Shown here: positions 20,148 to 30,071 of the stretch, piece after piece
Position numbering within the stretch: the stretch's first letter is position 1
Layout of the letters: the number at the start of each line of letters is the position of its first letter
DNA from: Nitrosopumilus sp.
GTDB lineage: Archaea; Thermoproteota; Nitrososphaeria; Nitrososphaerales; Nitrosopumilaceae
Assembly: GCA_965218785.1 (NCBI GenBank)
Contig: OZ244650.1
Coordinates: 1,472,001 to 1,536,000 of the forward strand
Direction: 5' to 3'
Length of the DNA stretch: 64,000 nt
Position numbers and translations under genes: made by a program
Notes under the pieces: generated by a model
The model's input: the letters and a program-made list of their open reading frames with translations, nothing else
What the model was told of the DNA's origin: nothing
Database searches by the model: none

Positions 20148-20440
20148 CAATCAGGAATTTGATTTTTTGTAATCAAATCCCAACATGCCAAAATGATACA
20201 ATAGTGTTTATACGTAATCGATCCGGACTAACATATCACAAATGTATGAGCAGACATAGAATACATTCTTAGGATTATGATTTGAAAAACTTCCCGTGTG
20301 TTAATTTCGTTGATGTAAGAGAATACCCCCTCACGCTAGTTCGGATATCTGATCCTTGATTCCCAGCCCATCTTCTGCCAGCTCAGCAGACACATCATAT
20401 GTACCAAACATTCCATTCCTCCAATAGTAACAGATCTTAA

Positions 20441-20472
20441 CATATCATATCATATCATATCATATCATATCA
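20441..20472. repeat. (CATAT)6 microsatellite
   Basis: Six perfect units about 30 bp upstream of the TATA-like box of the aro cluster. Confidence 0.9.
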
Positions 20473-20533
20473 AAGTATAAGATGCGCCTCAAACACGTTA
20501 TTTTTAAGTAGGGCACAAAACAGAGATCAACGC

Positions 20534-21316
20534 ATGGTATCAGGAAATCAGATCAGACTCAATCGAATTCTTAAAAAAGGAAAAATGCTTTGCATTCCAA
20601 TGGATCACGGCATCTCAAACGGGCCCATTAAAGGTCTTGAAAATCCCGCAGACGTAATTTACAGATGCGAAGGACGCGGCCTTACCAGCGTAATTATCAA
20701 CAAGGGGATTCTCAAGGCATTATCCAGGCCAACCAGAGCCGGTATTTTGGTTCATTTTTCAAGCAGTACATCATTATCATTATCACCTAATCGCAAGATG
20801 CTAACTGGGACGGTAAAGGAGGCCGCTGCAATGGGGGCAGACGGTGTCTCACTGCACATCAATATCGGAGGCAAGGAAGAACCAGAGATGCTCGAACAGC
20901 TCGGAATGACTGCAGACCAGTGCCACAAATGGGGAATGCCCCTTCTGGCAATGATGTATCCAAGAGGCGAGAACATAAAGGATCCCCATGATCCGGAGAT
21001 TGTCGGACATGTCGCAAGAATCGGGGCAGAGTGCGGTGCTGACATTGTTAAAACACTGTACACGGGTGACGTGGATTCCTTTGCAAAAATTGTAAAGAGC
21101 ACGCCGGTTCCAATCGTCATTGCCGGAGGACCCAAGGCAAAAACAGATCTGGACATTCTTCAGATGACACAAGATGCCATGACTGCGGGAGCCAAAGGTG
21201 TCACATATGGCAGAAACATCTTTGCACACAAAAATCCTGAAAAAATGGTGGAGGCATTAGCTGAAATAATTTTCAGAAACAAAACTGCAGGGGAAGCATT
21301 GAAGAAAATTGAATAG
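20534..21316 (+). CDS. 2-amino-3,7-dideoxy-D-threo-hept-6-ulosonate (ADH) synthase, class I aldolase family
   Basis: IPMDHG, AMMYPRG, GADIVKT, GRNIF motifs; first gene of the shikimate cluster. Confidence 0.9.
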   Translation: MVSGNQIRLNRILKKGKMLCIPMDHGISNGPIKGLENPADVIYRCEGRGLTSVIINKGILKALSRPTRAGILVHFSSSTSLSLSPNRKMLTGTVKEAAAMGADGVSLHINIGGKEEPEMLEQLGMTADQCHKWGMPLLAMMYPRGENIKDPHDPEIVGHVARIGAECGADIVKTLYTGDVDSFAKIVKSTPVPIVIAGGPKAKTDLDILQMTQDAMTAGAKGVTYGRNIFAHKNPEKMVEALAEIIFRNKTAGEALKKIE

Positions 21317-22373
21317 TAGGACAAGAGAGCTGATAATCACACCCAAGGTGTCCCAGACACAGCTGGCAGGATTTCTCCCCCAGCTAGAAAAAGAGGGAAT
21401 CAAAATGGTATACCTTGATCCTAAAAAAATAGGCAGAAAAAAAACAAAACTAGAGACGGTCTTTCCTTCTAGTGCCGCAGAATATATCGTACTTGAAAAG
21501 GAGGGCGCATCAAGACCCAAGAAAAGAAAAATCGGAAGGAGGTTCCAGGTATTGTCAAACTCGGATATTGAAGATGTTCTTTCTGCAGCCAAAAAGGGAC
21601 TGGACTTTGTCATAGTGGAGGTAAAAGACTGGAAGATCATCCCCTTGGAGAACATTATTGCCAAACTTCACAAAATCCACACCAAAATTTTCGCAATTGC
21701 AAAAACCCCAGAGGAGGTAAGAAAAATGTTTTCGATTCTAGAAGTCGGGGTAGACGGGGTGATATTTGGCACATCATCAATCAGCGAGGTAAGGGAGGCA
21801 ATGGTGTACCTGGGCACCAAAAATTTTGAGATGAAACCAGCAAAAATCATCGACATAAAGGAGGTAGGCGATGGCGAGCGCGTCTGCGTTGATACGGCCT
21901 CGATGCTTCACATGGGGGAGGGAATGCTGATTGGAAGCAGATCAAACTTTCTGTTTCTAGTCCATAATGAATCAGTGGGATCATCATTTACATCCCCAAG
22001 ACCGTTTAGGGTAAACGCAGGCGCCGTTCATTGTTATACACTCTCACCGGATGGCACTACCAGTTATCTCTCGGAGATCGAGACGGGATCTGAAATACTG
22101 ATTCTCAGTTCCAAGGGAATGGCAAGAAGGGCAACTGTCGGAAGATCAAAGATAGAAAGAAGACCAATGCTGATGATCAAGGCATCTGCAGGAGGGGAGA
22201 CTGGGGGGATAATCGCACAGGATGCAGAGACGATTCGTTTTGTAAGACCAAACGGGAAGCTAGTATCAGTCACCCACCTGAAAAAGGGGGACACTGTAAT
22301 GGTCCACGCAAAGCCTGCCGCCGGAAGACATTTCGGAATGGAAGTCTCAGACGAATACATACTGGAAAAATGA
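21309..22373 (+). CDS. 3-dehydroquinate synthase II
   Basis: DWKIIPLENIIA, GERVCVDT, RPFRVNAG, GRHFG. Confidence 0.93.
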   Translation: MNSRTRELIITPKVSQTQLAGFLPQLEKEGIKMVYLDPKKIGRKKTKLETVFPSSAAEYIVLEKEGASRPKKRKIGRRFQVLSNSDIEDVLSAAKKGLDFVIVEVKDWKIIPLENIIAKLHKIHTKIFAIAKTPEEVRKMFSILEVGVDGVIFGTSSISEVREAMVYLGTKNFEMKPAKIIDIKEVGDGERVCVDTASMLHMGEGMLIGSRSNFLFLVHNESVGSSFTSPRPFRVNAGAVHCYTLSPDGTTSYLSEIETGSEILILSSKGMARRATVGRSKIERRPMLMIKASAGGETGGIIAQDAETIRFVRPNGKLVSVTHLKKGDTVMVHAKPAAGRHFGMEVSDEYILEK

Positions 22374-23041
22374 AATACAAAACTTGCGTATCCATTGCAG
22401 AAAAGACGCCGGCAGGAATAAAAAGAACACTCAAGATCGCGTTAAAAAAGTCAGAATACGCCGAAGTCAGATTTGATTTTTGCAAGACAGAGCACGTTCC
22501 AGAGGCGTTGGAACTGATAAAAAAGGATCTAAGCAGGATTGTATGCACGCTAAGACCAAAAACAGAAGGAGGTAAATTTCAAGGAACCGAAAAGGAACGA
22601 ATTGCAATTCTAAAACTGATTGCAGAGTACAACCCGTTCCTGCTGGACGTGGAATTTAACACGCTAAAAAAGGACGCGGCATTAAGAAGATACCTAAAAT
22701 CAACAAATACCAAGCTGCTGGTATCATGGCATGACTTTAAAAAAACGCCAGACTCTGCGGAACTCAGAAAAAAAGTGAGTCAGATGGGCAGATTCTCATC
22801 AAATGTAAAGATCGTCAGTACCGCAAAAACGGCAGATGATTCAAACCGAATGCTGCAGCTGTACAGCAGAAAAGGGTCGAAGAATCTGATATCGTTTGCA
22901 ATGGGAGAACAGGGCAGAATTTCAAGAATTCTGTGTCTGTATCTTGGCAGCCCATACACCTATGTCTCGCTGGGAAAGGCAGTTGCACCAGGCCAATTCA
23001 GTGTTGATCAGGTAAAAAAGATCACAAATCTGAGAAGATAA
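22370..23041 (+). CDS. aroD: Type I 3-dehydroquinate dehydratase
   Basis: EVRFD, TLRPKTEGG, SWHDFKKTP, AMGEQGRISR, APGQ. Confidence 0.92.
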   Translation: MKYKTCVSIAEKTPAGIKRTLKIALKKSEYAEVRFDFCKTEHVPEALELIKKDLSRIVCTLRPKTEGGKFQGTEKERIAILKLIAEYNPFLLDVEFNTLKKDAALRRYLKSTNTKLLVSWHDFKKTPDSAELRKKVSQMGRFSSNVKIVSTAKTADDSNRMLQLYSRKGSKNLISFAMGEQGRISRILCLYLGSPYTYVSLGKAVAPGQFSVDQVKKITNLRR

Positions 23042-23080
23042 ACAGTCGAGAGTTTAAATCAATCATATAACTCAGAAAGA

Positions 23081-23905
23081 ATGATGGGAAAGACATTTGC
23101 AGTAATAGGAGATCCGATTGATCATTCACTGTCTCCCCACATCCATAGTTCGGCATTCAGGGAGCTGGGCCTGGACTGTTCATACATTGGATATAAAATT
23201 CCAAGGGGGGAACTAAAGGATGGGATTGAAGGATTAAAAAAGATCAATATTGACGGATTCAACATAACAGTACCCCACAAAATTGAAATGATGAAATATC
23301 TTGACAAGACTGACGAATCATGCAGTCTGATCGGTGCAGTCAACACCGTTGTGAATATCAAGGGAGTCCTAAAGGGATACAATACGGACATGGACGGCTT
23401 TTTAGAACCAATTAAGAAGAGGGAGCTGATCATCAGGGATTCCAGGGTTCTCCTGCTTGGCGCGGGGGGAGCTGCAAGGGCGATAGCCGCAGGGCTGGCA
23501 AAAGAAAAGGCAAAAAGCGTCACTATTGCAAACAGGACGCTAAAAAACGCAGACAATCTTGCAGAATTTGCAAAAAAGATCGGATTGGACTGCAGCACCA
23601 TGAAGATCGAGGATGTCAGGTGTCAGACAGGTGATTATGACGTTATTATCAACGCAACATCAGTAGGACTAAAGAATGAACCAAGCCCGATCTCCCTGGA
23701 GGGAATCGATGGCAAGACCATCATATATGATATAGTATACAGACCGATGAATACTGATTTTATCAAACAGGCAAAAGACCGCGGGGCGACGATTGTTTTC
23801 GGTTATGAGATGCTTTTAGGCCAGGCAGCCAGGGCATTTGAGATCTGGCATGACATGAAAGCACCATACAACGTAATGAAAAAAGCATTGCTGGGGGGGT
23901 TTTGA
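23081..23905 (+). CDS. aroE: Shikimate dehydrogenase
   Basis: GDPIDHSLSP, GAVNT, NTD, GAGGAARA. Confidence 0.95.
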   Translation: MMGKTFAVIGDPIDHSLSPHIHSSAFRELGLDCSYIGYKIPRGELKDGIEGLKKINIDGFNITVPHKIEMMKYLDKTDESCSLIGAVNTVVNIKGVLKGYNTDMDGFLEPIKKRELIIRDSRVLLLGAGGAARAIAAGLAKEKAKSVTIANRTLKNADNLAEFAKKIGLDCSTMKIEDVRCQTGDYDVIINATSVGLKNEPSPISLEGIDGKTIIYDIVYRPMNTDFIKQAKDRGATIVFGYEMLLGQAARAFEIWHDMKAPYNVMKKALLGGF

Positions 23906-24759
23906 TGGCAGGTGCCAAGGCCACAGTGCATGGTGCCGTTTCCATTGTAAATGCGATCGCAAATCAAAAAGGCGCCACGCTTGGAATCTCGTTAAAAGTG
24001 GAGGCAGTAGTTGAGACGGCTGTAGGAAATGGAATCGTACTTGAGTCCGGAAACAAAAGCTACAGTCCGCGCCTAATCAACAAGACCGTAGAAAAGATTG
24101 TTTCAAAAAAAGACTTGGAGCAAAACAGGATAGCAGTTACGCTTGACTCGGAGATTCCAACCGGGTTCGGACTCAAAAGTTCGAGTGCGATTTCATCGGC
24201 AGTGGCACTGGCATGTGCAAAGATATTCAAACCAAGACTCACTGATCAGCAGATTTTAGTTGCCGGAGTTGACGCATCAATTGAATCAAGGGTGAGCATT
24301 ACGGGGGCGTATGATGATGCATGTTCATGTTATTACGGGGGATTTAATGTGACAGATAACGCAAAAAGGGAGAGAGTCCACTTTGAAAAGGGTCCGGCTA
24401 ATTTAATTGCGGTAATATTTATCCCCAAGAACAGAAAAAGAGGCAATCCAAAGAAACTCAAAATTCTTTCATCCATATTTGAAAACGCATGGGAGATGGC
24501 AAGACATGCAATCTATTGGGAGGCAATGAACATCAACGGGTTGGCCACTGCATCCATTCTAAATTCGGATCCCAGTATAATTACAAGCCTGATTGACAAA
24601 GGCGCACTTGGAGCATCAGTCTCCGGAAACGGACCGGCAGTTGCGGCAATAACTAAAAAAGAGAACGAACCAGACATCAGAAAAATCTTCTCACAGCTGG
24701 AGGGAAACATTATTGTTTCCAAAGTGAGTAACAAAAAGGCAGAAGTTCATGAACTGTAA
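23902..24759 (+). CDS. aroK: Archaeal shikimate kinase (GHMP family)
   Basis: SEIPTGFGLKSSSA, TGAYDDAC, SGNGP. Confidence 0.92.
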   Translation: MMAGAKATVHGAVSIVNAIANQKGATLGISLKVEAVVETAVGNGIVLESGNKSYSPRLINKTVEKIVSKKDLEQNRIAVTLDSEIPTGFGLKSSSAISSAVALACAKIFKPRLTDQQILVAGVDASIESRVSITGAYDDACSCYYGGFNVTDNAKRERVHFEKGPANLIAVIFIPKNRKRGNPKKLKILSSIFENAWEMARHAIYWEAMNINGLATASILNSDPSIITSLIDKGALGASVSGNGPAVAAITKKENEPDIRKIFSQLEGNIIVSKVSNKKAEVHEL

Positions 24760-26017
24760 TGTTGAAAAATCAAAAATTTCCGGACAGATAGTCTGCCCTC
24801 CAAACAAGAGTTATACGCACAGGGCGATCTTTCTCGCATCGCTTGCAGGAAACGGCAGCCGGGTCGAGAATGTCTTGTTCTCAGCTGATACCATGGCAAC
24901 AATTGAGGCTTGCAGGAAGTTTGGCGCCAGGATAAATATCGAAGATTCGTCAATACTCATCAAAGAGCCCATAAAAATAGGCACAAACGTGCCTGAAATT
25001 AACACAGAGAACTCTGGAACGACGATCAGAATCGCATCAGGAATTGCAGCCCTGTTCTCTGAGGAGATCTCCCTGACTGGTGATAAAAGCCTGCAAACAA
25101 GACCGATGCAGCCACTCCTGGATGCATTATCAAGCATGGGCGCACAGTGCAGTTCCTCAGACGGGAATCCGCCAATTAAGATCAAGGGAAGAATTTCAGG
25201 AGGCAACGTAACGATTCCAGGTGATTCTTCCAGTCAGTTTGTTTCTGCATTGCTAATTTGTGCACCGCTAACAGAAAAGGGAATCAACATAACCATACAG
25301 AAAAATCTAGTGTCAAAACCGTATCTTGATGCAACGATTGCAACAATGAGGGAGTTTGGAGTCTCCGTGCAGACGTTAATCCCATACAAAAAGTACGACG
25401 TACAACCACAACTCTACAAAAACGCCGCATTTACGGTTCCGATTGATTTTTCAAGTCTGGCACTTTTGTTTTCAGCCGCGGTACTCAACGGCCAAGACGT
25501 CATCATCAAGGGGGACATCGGAAACCTGCCACAGGGTGACGAGGTTTTTATCGATATTTTAGAGCAGATGGGAGTAAGCGTCAGTGTCGGCAAGGAAGAG
25601 ATCAGAGTCAGACCGCCTGAGAAATTAAAAGGCGGCAGATTTGATTTGAACAATTCACCGGACCTGCTTCCGCCTCTTGCAATTCTGGCACTAAATACAT
25701 CAGAGCCCATCGAAATAGTCAACGTAGGACATGCAAGACTAAAAGAGACAGACAGGATTGCAATCACGGCCCGAGAGATTGTAAAACTGGGGATCAAAGT
25801 CAGGGAGAGAGACGACGGGTTGGTTTTGGAACCATCCGGGAATCTAAAGGGGGCAGAACTAGACTCTAAAAATGATCACAGACTGTTCATGGCATTTTGC
25901 ATAGCCGGCATGTATGTGGGGGACTGCACCGTAACTGACCCCGAATCAGTCAAAGTCTCGTATCCGAATTTTATCAAGGAGATGAACAGACTCGGAGCTA
26001 AAATTCAAATCAGCTAG
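24749..26017 (+). CDS. aroA: EPSP synthase
   Basis: KSYTHRA, NSGTTIR, SSQFVSALL, RLKETDRI, DHRL. Confidence 0.95.
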   Translation: MNCNVEKSKISGQIVCPPNKSYTHRAIFLASLAGNGSRVENVLFSADTMATIEACRKFGARINIEDSSILIKEPIKIGTNVPEINTENSGTTIRIASGIAALFSEEISLTGDKSLQTRPMQPLLDALSSMGAQCSSSDGNPPIKIKGRISGGNVTIPGDSSSQFVSALLICAPLTEKGINITIQKNLVSKPYLDATIATMREFGVSVQTLIPYKKYDVQPQLYKNAAFTVPIDFSSLALLFSAAVLNGQDVIIKGDIGNLPQGDEVFIDILEQMGVSVSVGKEEIRVRPPEKLKGGRFDLNNSPDLLPPLAILALNTSEPIEIVNVGHARLKETDRIAITAREIVKLGIKVRERDDGLVLEPSGNLKGAELDSKNDHRLFMAFCIAGMYVGDCTVTDPESVKVSYPNFIKEMNRLGAKIQIS

Positions 26018-26031
26018 TCATCTTAAAAGAT

Positions 26032-26160
26032 CTAGTTGGGGGAGGTTAACGACCCTGTAAGGGTGAAAAGCATTCTCCACACCCTTTTGCACAGATAACA
26101 TGAACCTTTCACAGGACCGCACAGATTATGTGTTAAAACTTGTAGGTTTTACCACATTAC
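26032..26160 (-). ncRNA. Candidate structured small RNA
   Basis: Three helices whose G-U pairs work only on the minus strand; TTAAATA box at 26177-26183. Confidence 0.4.
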
Positions 26161-26309
26161 ATATACATCATCATAATATTTAAGAATATATTGTAATTAT
26201 TTCATATAATTTATGAAAATTTTATAATTTTTATCTGTTCGTGATATCTGTATAAAACAGGACGAGTACCTTTCAAAAATAGAATGAGGAATTATAAGCA
26301 TCGTTTAGC

Positions 26310-27416
26310 TTGGATATTGTGTTGCCTGGAAGTTCGATTGGTCAGCGTCTTGTCTTGACAAGTTTTGGTGAAAGTCATGGAAGAGCCATCGGCGCAGTTT
26401 TAGATGGATGTCCTGCAGGACTAGATATTGATGAAAAAGACATTCAAAAGATGCTAGACCAACGAAGACCAGGACAGAATCTCATCTCAACTCAGAGAAA
26501 AGAAGGCGACGTGGTAGAGATTGTATCGGGGGTTTTTAGGGGACAGACGACTGGTGCGCCAATTACAATGATAATCTGGAACAGCAATCAAAAATCAAAG
26601 GATTATGACAATCTGAAGACAAAGCTGAGACCTGGACACTCGGATTATACTGCCATGATCAAATACAATCATTACAATGATTACCGTGGAGGCGGAAGAT
26701 TCTCAGGCAGGTTAACTGCAACGCATGTCATGGGAGGAGCTATTGCAAGAAAATTACTCAAGACGGTATTGGGAGTTGAAACAAACTCATACACGTCACA
26801 GATTGGAGCAATAAGAATGGAAAAAAAATTTAATGATAAAATGATAGGTTCAATTTATAAAAACGAGGTAAGATGTCCTGAAAACAAGACCGCAGAGATG
26901 ATGAGGACAGGCATCCTAAATGCAAGAAAGATGGGGGATTCTCTTGGAGGAATAATCGAATCAGTCACAACAAAAGTTCCGGTAGGATTAGGCGAGCCGG
27001 TATTTGGTTCACTAGAGTCAGATCTGAGCAAGGCAATCTTTTCAATTCCGTCTGTAAAAGGCGTGGAGTTTGGTTCTGGATTCAGAGGCTCAGAACTGTA
27101 CGGTTCTGAAAATAACGACCTGTATACGATCAAAAAGGGAAAGATAGTTACAAGAACAAACAACTCTGGAGGAATTTTGGGGGGCATCTCAAATGGAATG
27201 CCAATTACCATCAGAATCGCATTCAAGCCGGCATCATCGATTGCCCAGAAACAAAGTACAGTGGATATTAAGACTAAAAAAGAAACAACCATTCAAGTCA
27301 AAGGCAGGCATGACCCATGCGTTGTGCCTAGGGCGCCTCCCGTGGTGGACTCACTCGTGGCCCTGACTCTCGCAGATCATGCACTTCTTGCAGGGGCCAT
27401 CAAGCCTGTTTTGTAG
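26310..27416 (+). CDS. aroC: Chorismate synthase
   Basis: FGESHG, RPGHSD, RGGGRFSGR, GRHDPC. Confidence 0.96.
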   Translation: MDIVLPGSSIGQRLVLTSFGESHGRAIGAVLDGCPAGLDIDEKDIQKMLDQRRPGQNLISTQRKEGDVVEIVSGVFRGQTTGAPITMIIWNSNQKSKDYDNLKTKLRPGHSDYTAMIKYNHYNDYRGGGRFSGRLTATHVMGGAIARKLLKTVLGVETNSYTSQIGAIRMEKKFNDKMIGSIYKNEVRCPENKTAEMMRTGILNARKMGDSLGGIIESVTTKVPVGLGEPVFGSLESDLSKAIFSIPSVKGVEFGSGFRGSELYGSENNDLYTIKKGKIVTRTNNSGGILGGISNGMPITIRIAFKPASSIAQKQSTVDIKTKKETTIQVKGRHDPCVVPRAPPVVDSLVALTLADHALLAGAIKPVL

Positions 27417-27418
27417 TA

Positions 27419-28789
27419 ATGTCAGACATCAATGATCTTCGCAACAGGATGGACAAAGTCACCTTAGAGATGATAAGGCTCCTAAAAACCAGAACCGAGA
27501 TTGCAAAAGAGATAGGCGAGGTCAAAAAAAATATCGGAATGGGGGTAACGGATGTAACACGTGAGGAGAATCTGCGCGAAAAAGTCATCTTGCTGTGCAG
27601 GGAGATAGGACTCGATGAAACAATCGCAACGAAATATCTGAATTTTCTCTTAAACGAATCTATAAAAATTCAAACAGCAGGCAAGCAGACGCATCTCTCA
27701 ATTTTTCTAAAAGCAAAGTCACTTGAACAGCAAGGAAAGAAGATCATTCACATGGAGGTAGGCGAGCCGGATTTTCCACCGCCGGCCGTTGTAAAAAACG
27801 CATTGGAAGAAGTCTTTGAGAAGGGATTCATGAAATACGGCCAGGCAAGGGGGATGCCGGCATTCAGGGAGGCACTTGCAAAATACATCTCAGGTAAATT
27901 CGATGTCAATGTATCAGAGGACGGCATAATAGTCAGCCCCGGTGCAAGATTCTCGGTTTTTACGGCAATTACAACGCTTCTTAATGCAGGTGATGAGATG
28001 GTTGTGATAGAGCCTGCATGGCCGGCATACAAAGAATGTGCGTTACACTCTGGAATCAAAGTCAGAACCGTCAGCACGACTTTAGAAAACAGGTGGGAGC
28101 CATCAATGCAACAGATTGAAGATACAATCAATTCAAATACAAAAATGATCGTGTTAAACTATCCGAACAATCCAACAGGGAGGATTCTTCCACAAAAACT
28201 GCAAGACGGCATAGTGGAGATGGCCAGAAGCAACGATCTTTATGTGCTAAGTGATGAGATTTATTCACAGTACGCAAAGTCCGGCTGGAAAAGCGTTCTA
28301 AGATATAATTACGAAAAAAGCATAGTCATCCAGTCATTCTCAAAATCCCATGCCATGACAGGATTCAGAATAGGGTATGCGATAGCAGATCCGGGGATCA
28401 TTGAAAAAATGGCAAGATTGGAGGCATTGTGCCTTACAAATGTCTCCGAACCGATCCAGTATGTCGCAATGAGGGCTTTGGAGGCAGATATTTCGGGGAA
28501 TACTAATACAGTACGACACCGACTAGAGGTATTGACACAAAAAGCAGATGAGATGGGGCTGGACTTTGTGGCTCCAGACGGGGCAATGTACATTTTTGCA
28601 CGAGTCAACCAGGAGGGTTTTGACGGAGTCCAATTTGCAAATAGCATGCTTGAGAGGGGTCTGGCAGTAGCCCCAGGAGAAGGATTTGGAGATTACAGGA
28701 ACTTTATCAGGATTTCTGCGTGTCAGGATGAAAAAACACTAATTGAAGGGATGAATATATTGAGTAATATTATGAGGGGTAAACAATGA
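27419..28789 (+). CDS. Chorismate mutase domain fused to a class I/II aminotransferase
   Basis: N-terminal AroQ-like LRNRMD...R.E; PLP motifs NYPNNPTG, DEIY, SFSKSHAMTGFRIG. Confidence 0.9.
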   Translation: MSDINDLRNRMDKVTLEMIRLLKTRTEIAKEIGEVKKNIGMGVTDVTREENLREKVILLCREIGLDETIATKYLNFLLNESIKIQTAGKQTHLSIFLKAKSLEQQGKKIIHMEVGEPDFPPPAVVKNALEEVFEKGFMKYGQARGMPAFREALAKYISGKFDVNVSEDGIIVSPGARFSVFTAITTLLNAGDEMVVIEPAWPAYKECALHSGIKVRTVSTTLENRWEPSMQQIEDTINSNTKMIVLNYPNNPTGRILPQKLQDGIVEMARSNDLYVLSDEIYSQYAKSGWKSVLRYNYEKSIVIQSFSKSHAMTGFRIGYAIADPGIIEKMARLEALCLTNVSEPIQYVAMRALEADISGNTNTVRHRLEVLTQKADEMGLDFVAPDGAMYIFARVNQEGFDGVQFANSMLERGLAVAPGEGFGDYRNFIRISACQDEKTLIEGMNILSNIMRGKQ

Positions 28790-29649
28790 AGAAGAAAATT
28801 ACAGTTATCGGTGCAGGAGGCCAGATGGGGCAGTGGTTTACAGGGTATTTTGCAGCAAAAGGTTTTGAAGTGACAGGTTTTGATACGGAAAACAAGGTTT
28901 CTGGAAAGGACGTCATAGTGTCAGACTCACTGGTAGGATCAATTTTAAAAGCAGAGTATGTTGTATTGTGCACTCCGACAAGAAGGACGCCGGAGATCAT
29001 CAGGTTAATTGCAAAGGAGATGAAGCGCGGTACATATCTTATTGAAATCTCGTCTGAAAAATCCAAGGTCGTATCATCACTCTCAAAGATGCCTGCCAAA
29101 ATTAATCCAATCTGCATTCATCCAATGTTCGGACCGGGAATAAAGACGATCAAGGGTCAGAATATAATATCAGTGCCAATCAAGGACGCCAAAAAAGAAC
29201 TGTCTGTTGCAAAATCATTATTTGAAGGCGCCAATTTTGTAACAATTGATGCAATCGAACATGATAAAAAGATAGCAGTGATTTTAGGACTGACTCATTT
29301 AATGAATCTTGTTTTTGCAAAGATTATTTCAAAGGATGAAAAGATGATGCTGACAGAAAAAATGTCCGGAACCACATTCAGGGTGCAGAAAATACTGGCA
29401 GAAAGCATACTAACAGAGTCGCCAGAACTAATTGAAACCATCATTGCAAACCCAGAGATTCGAAGGGTGGCAGAGGAGCTATGGAAGGACATTGGAAGAC
29501 TGCTCACTGCAGTTCAGGAATCAAAGACAGAAGAGGTGATCACTTACATCAAAGAATGCCAAGAAAGACTGGCAAAACATACAGACGTCAACGAGTCCTA
29601 CAAAAAACTGACAAAAATGGTCAAAGTCGTTGATAAATCACGCGTGTGA
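28786..29649 (+). CDS. tyrA: Prephenate dehydrogenase
   Basis: GAGGQMG Rossmann motif, IHPMFGP, EHDKKIA. Confidence 0.9.
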   Translation: MKKKITVIGAGGQMGQWFTGYFAAKGFEVTGFDTENKVSGKDVIVSDSLVGSILKAEYVVLCTPTRRTPEIIRLIAKEMKRGTYLIEISSEKSKVVSSLSKMPAKINPICIHPMFGPGIKTIKGQNIISVPIKDAKKELSVAKSLFEGANFVTIDAIEHDKKIAVILGLTHLMNLVFAKIISKDEKMMLTEKMSGTTFRVQKILAESILTESPELIETIIANPEIRRVAEELWKDIGRLLTAVQESKTEEVITYIKECQERLAKHTDVNESYKKLTKMVKVVDKSRV

Positions 29650-29729
29650 GTCAGCTAGGATCATATGATTCATCAGGCAGGTTATGATGAAAAGTTGATT
29701 CTAAAGGTAGCGATAATAAAATCAACAAA

Positions 29730-29834
29730 GATTACGTGCGGGAATCAGCCCGGATTGTTAGTTTTAATTCCAGATTGGGATCATCGTCTGATTTCTGAAA
29801 AGGATTACGTTCGGGAATCAGCCCGGATTATTAG
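29730..29834. repeat. Two 32-bp direct repeats with a 41-bp spacer
   Basis: GATTACGT(G/T)CGGGAATCAGCCCGGATT(G/A)TTAG at 29730 and 29803. Confidence 0.75.
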
Positions 29835-30071
29835 ATGGTAAATCGCCTCAGATGGGCAAAAATTGAAATTTTGAGTTGAAATTGCAAGGAATACCTTTCA
29901 GATCCCAGATGGAACCTGACGGTACCTCAATATGAGGATCATATGAGGATGCTTCCATTTGTTTAAAGCAGTAAAATCGAGATCAGGCTGTTGGGAGGAT
30001 TCAGATGGATTGATGGACAAATTAATAGATGCAGGCAAATTAGGATTCGAGTCTCCGACCTTCAAAAGGTA

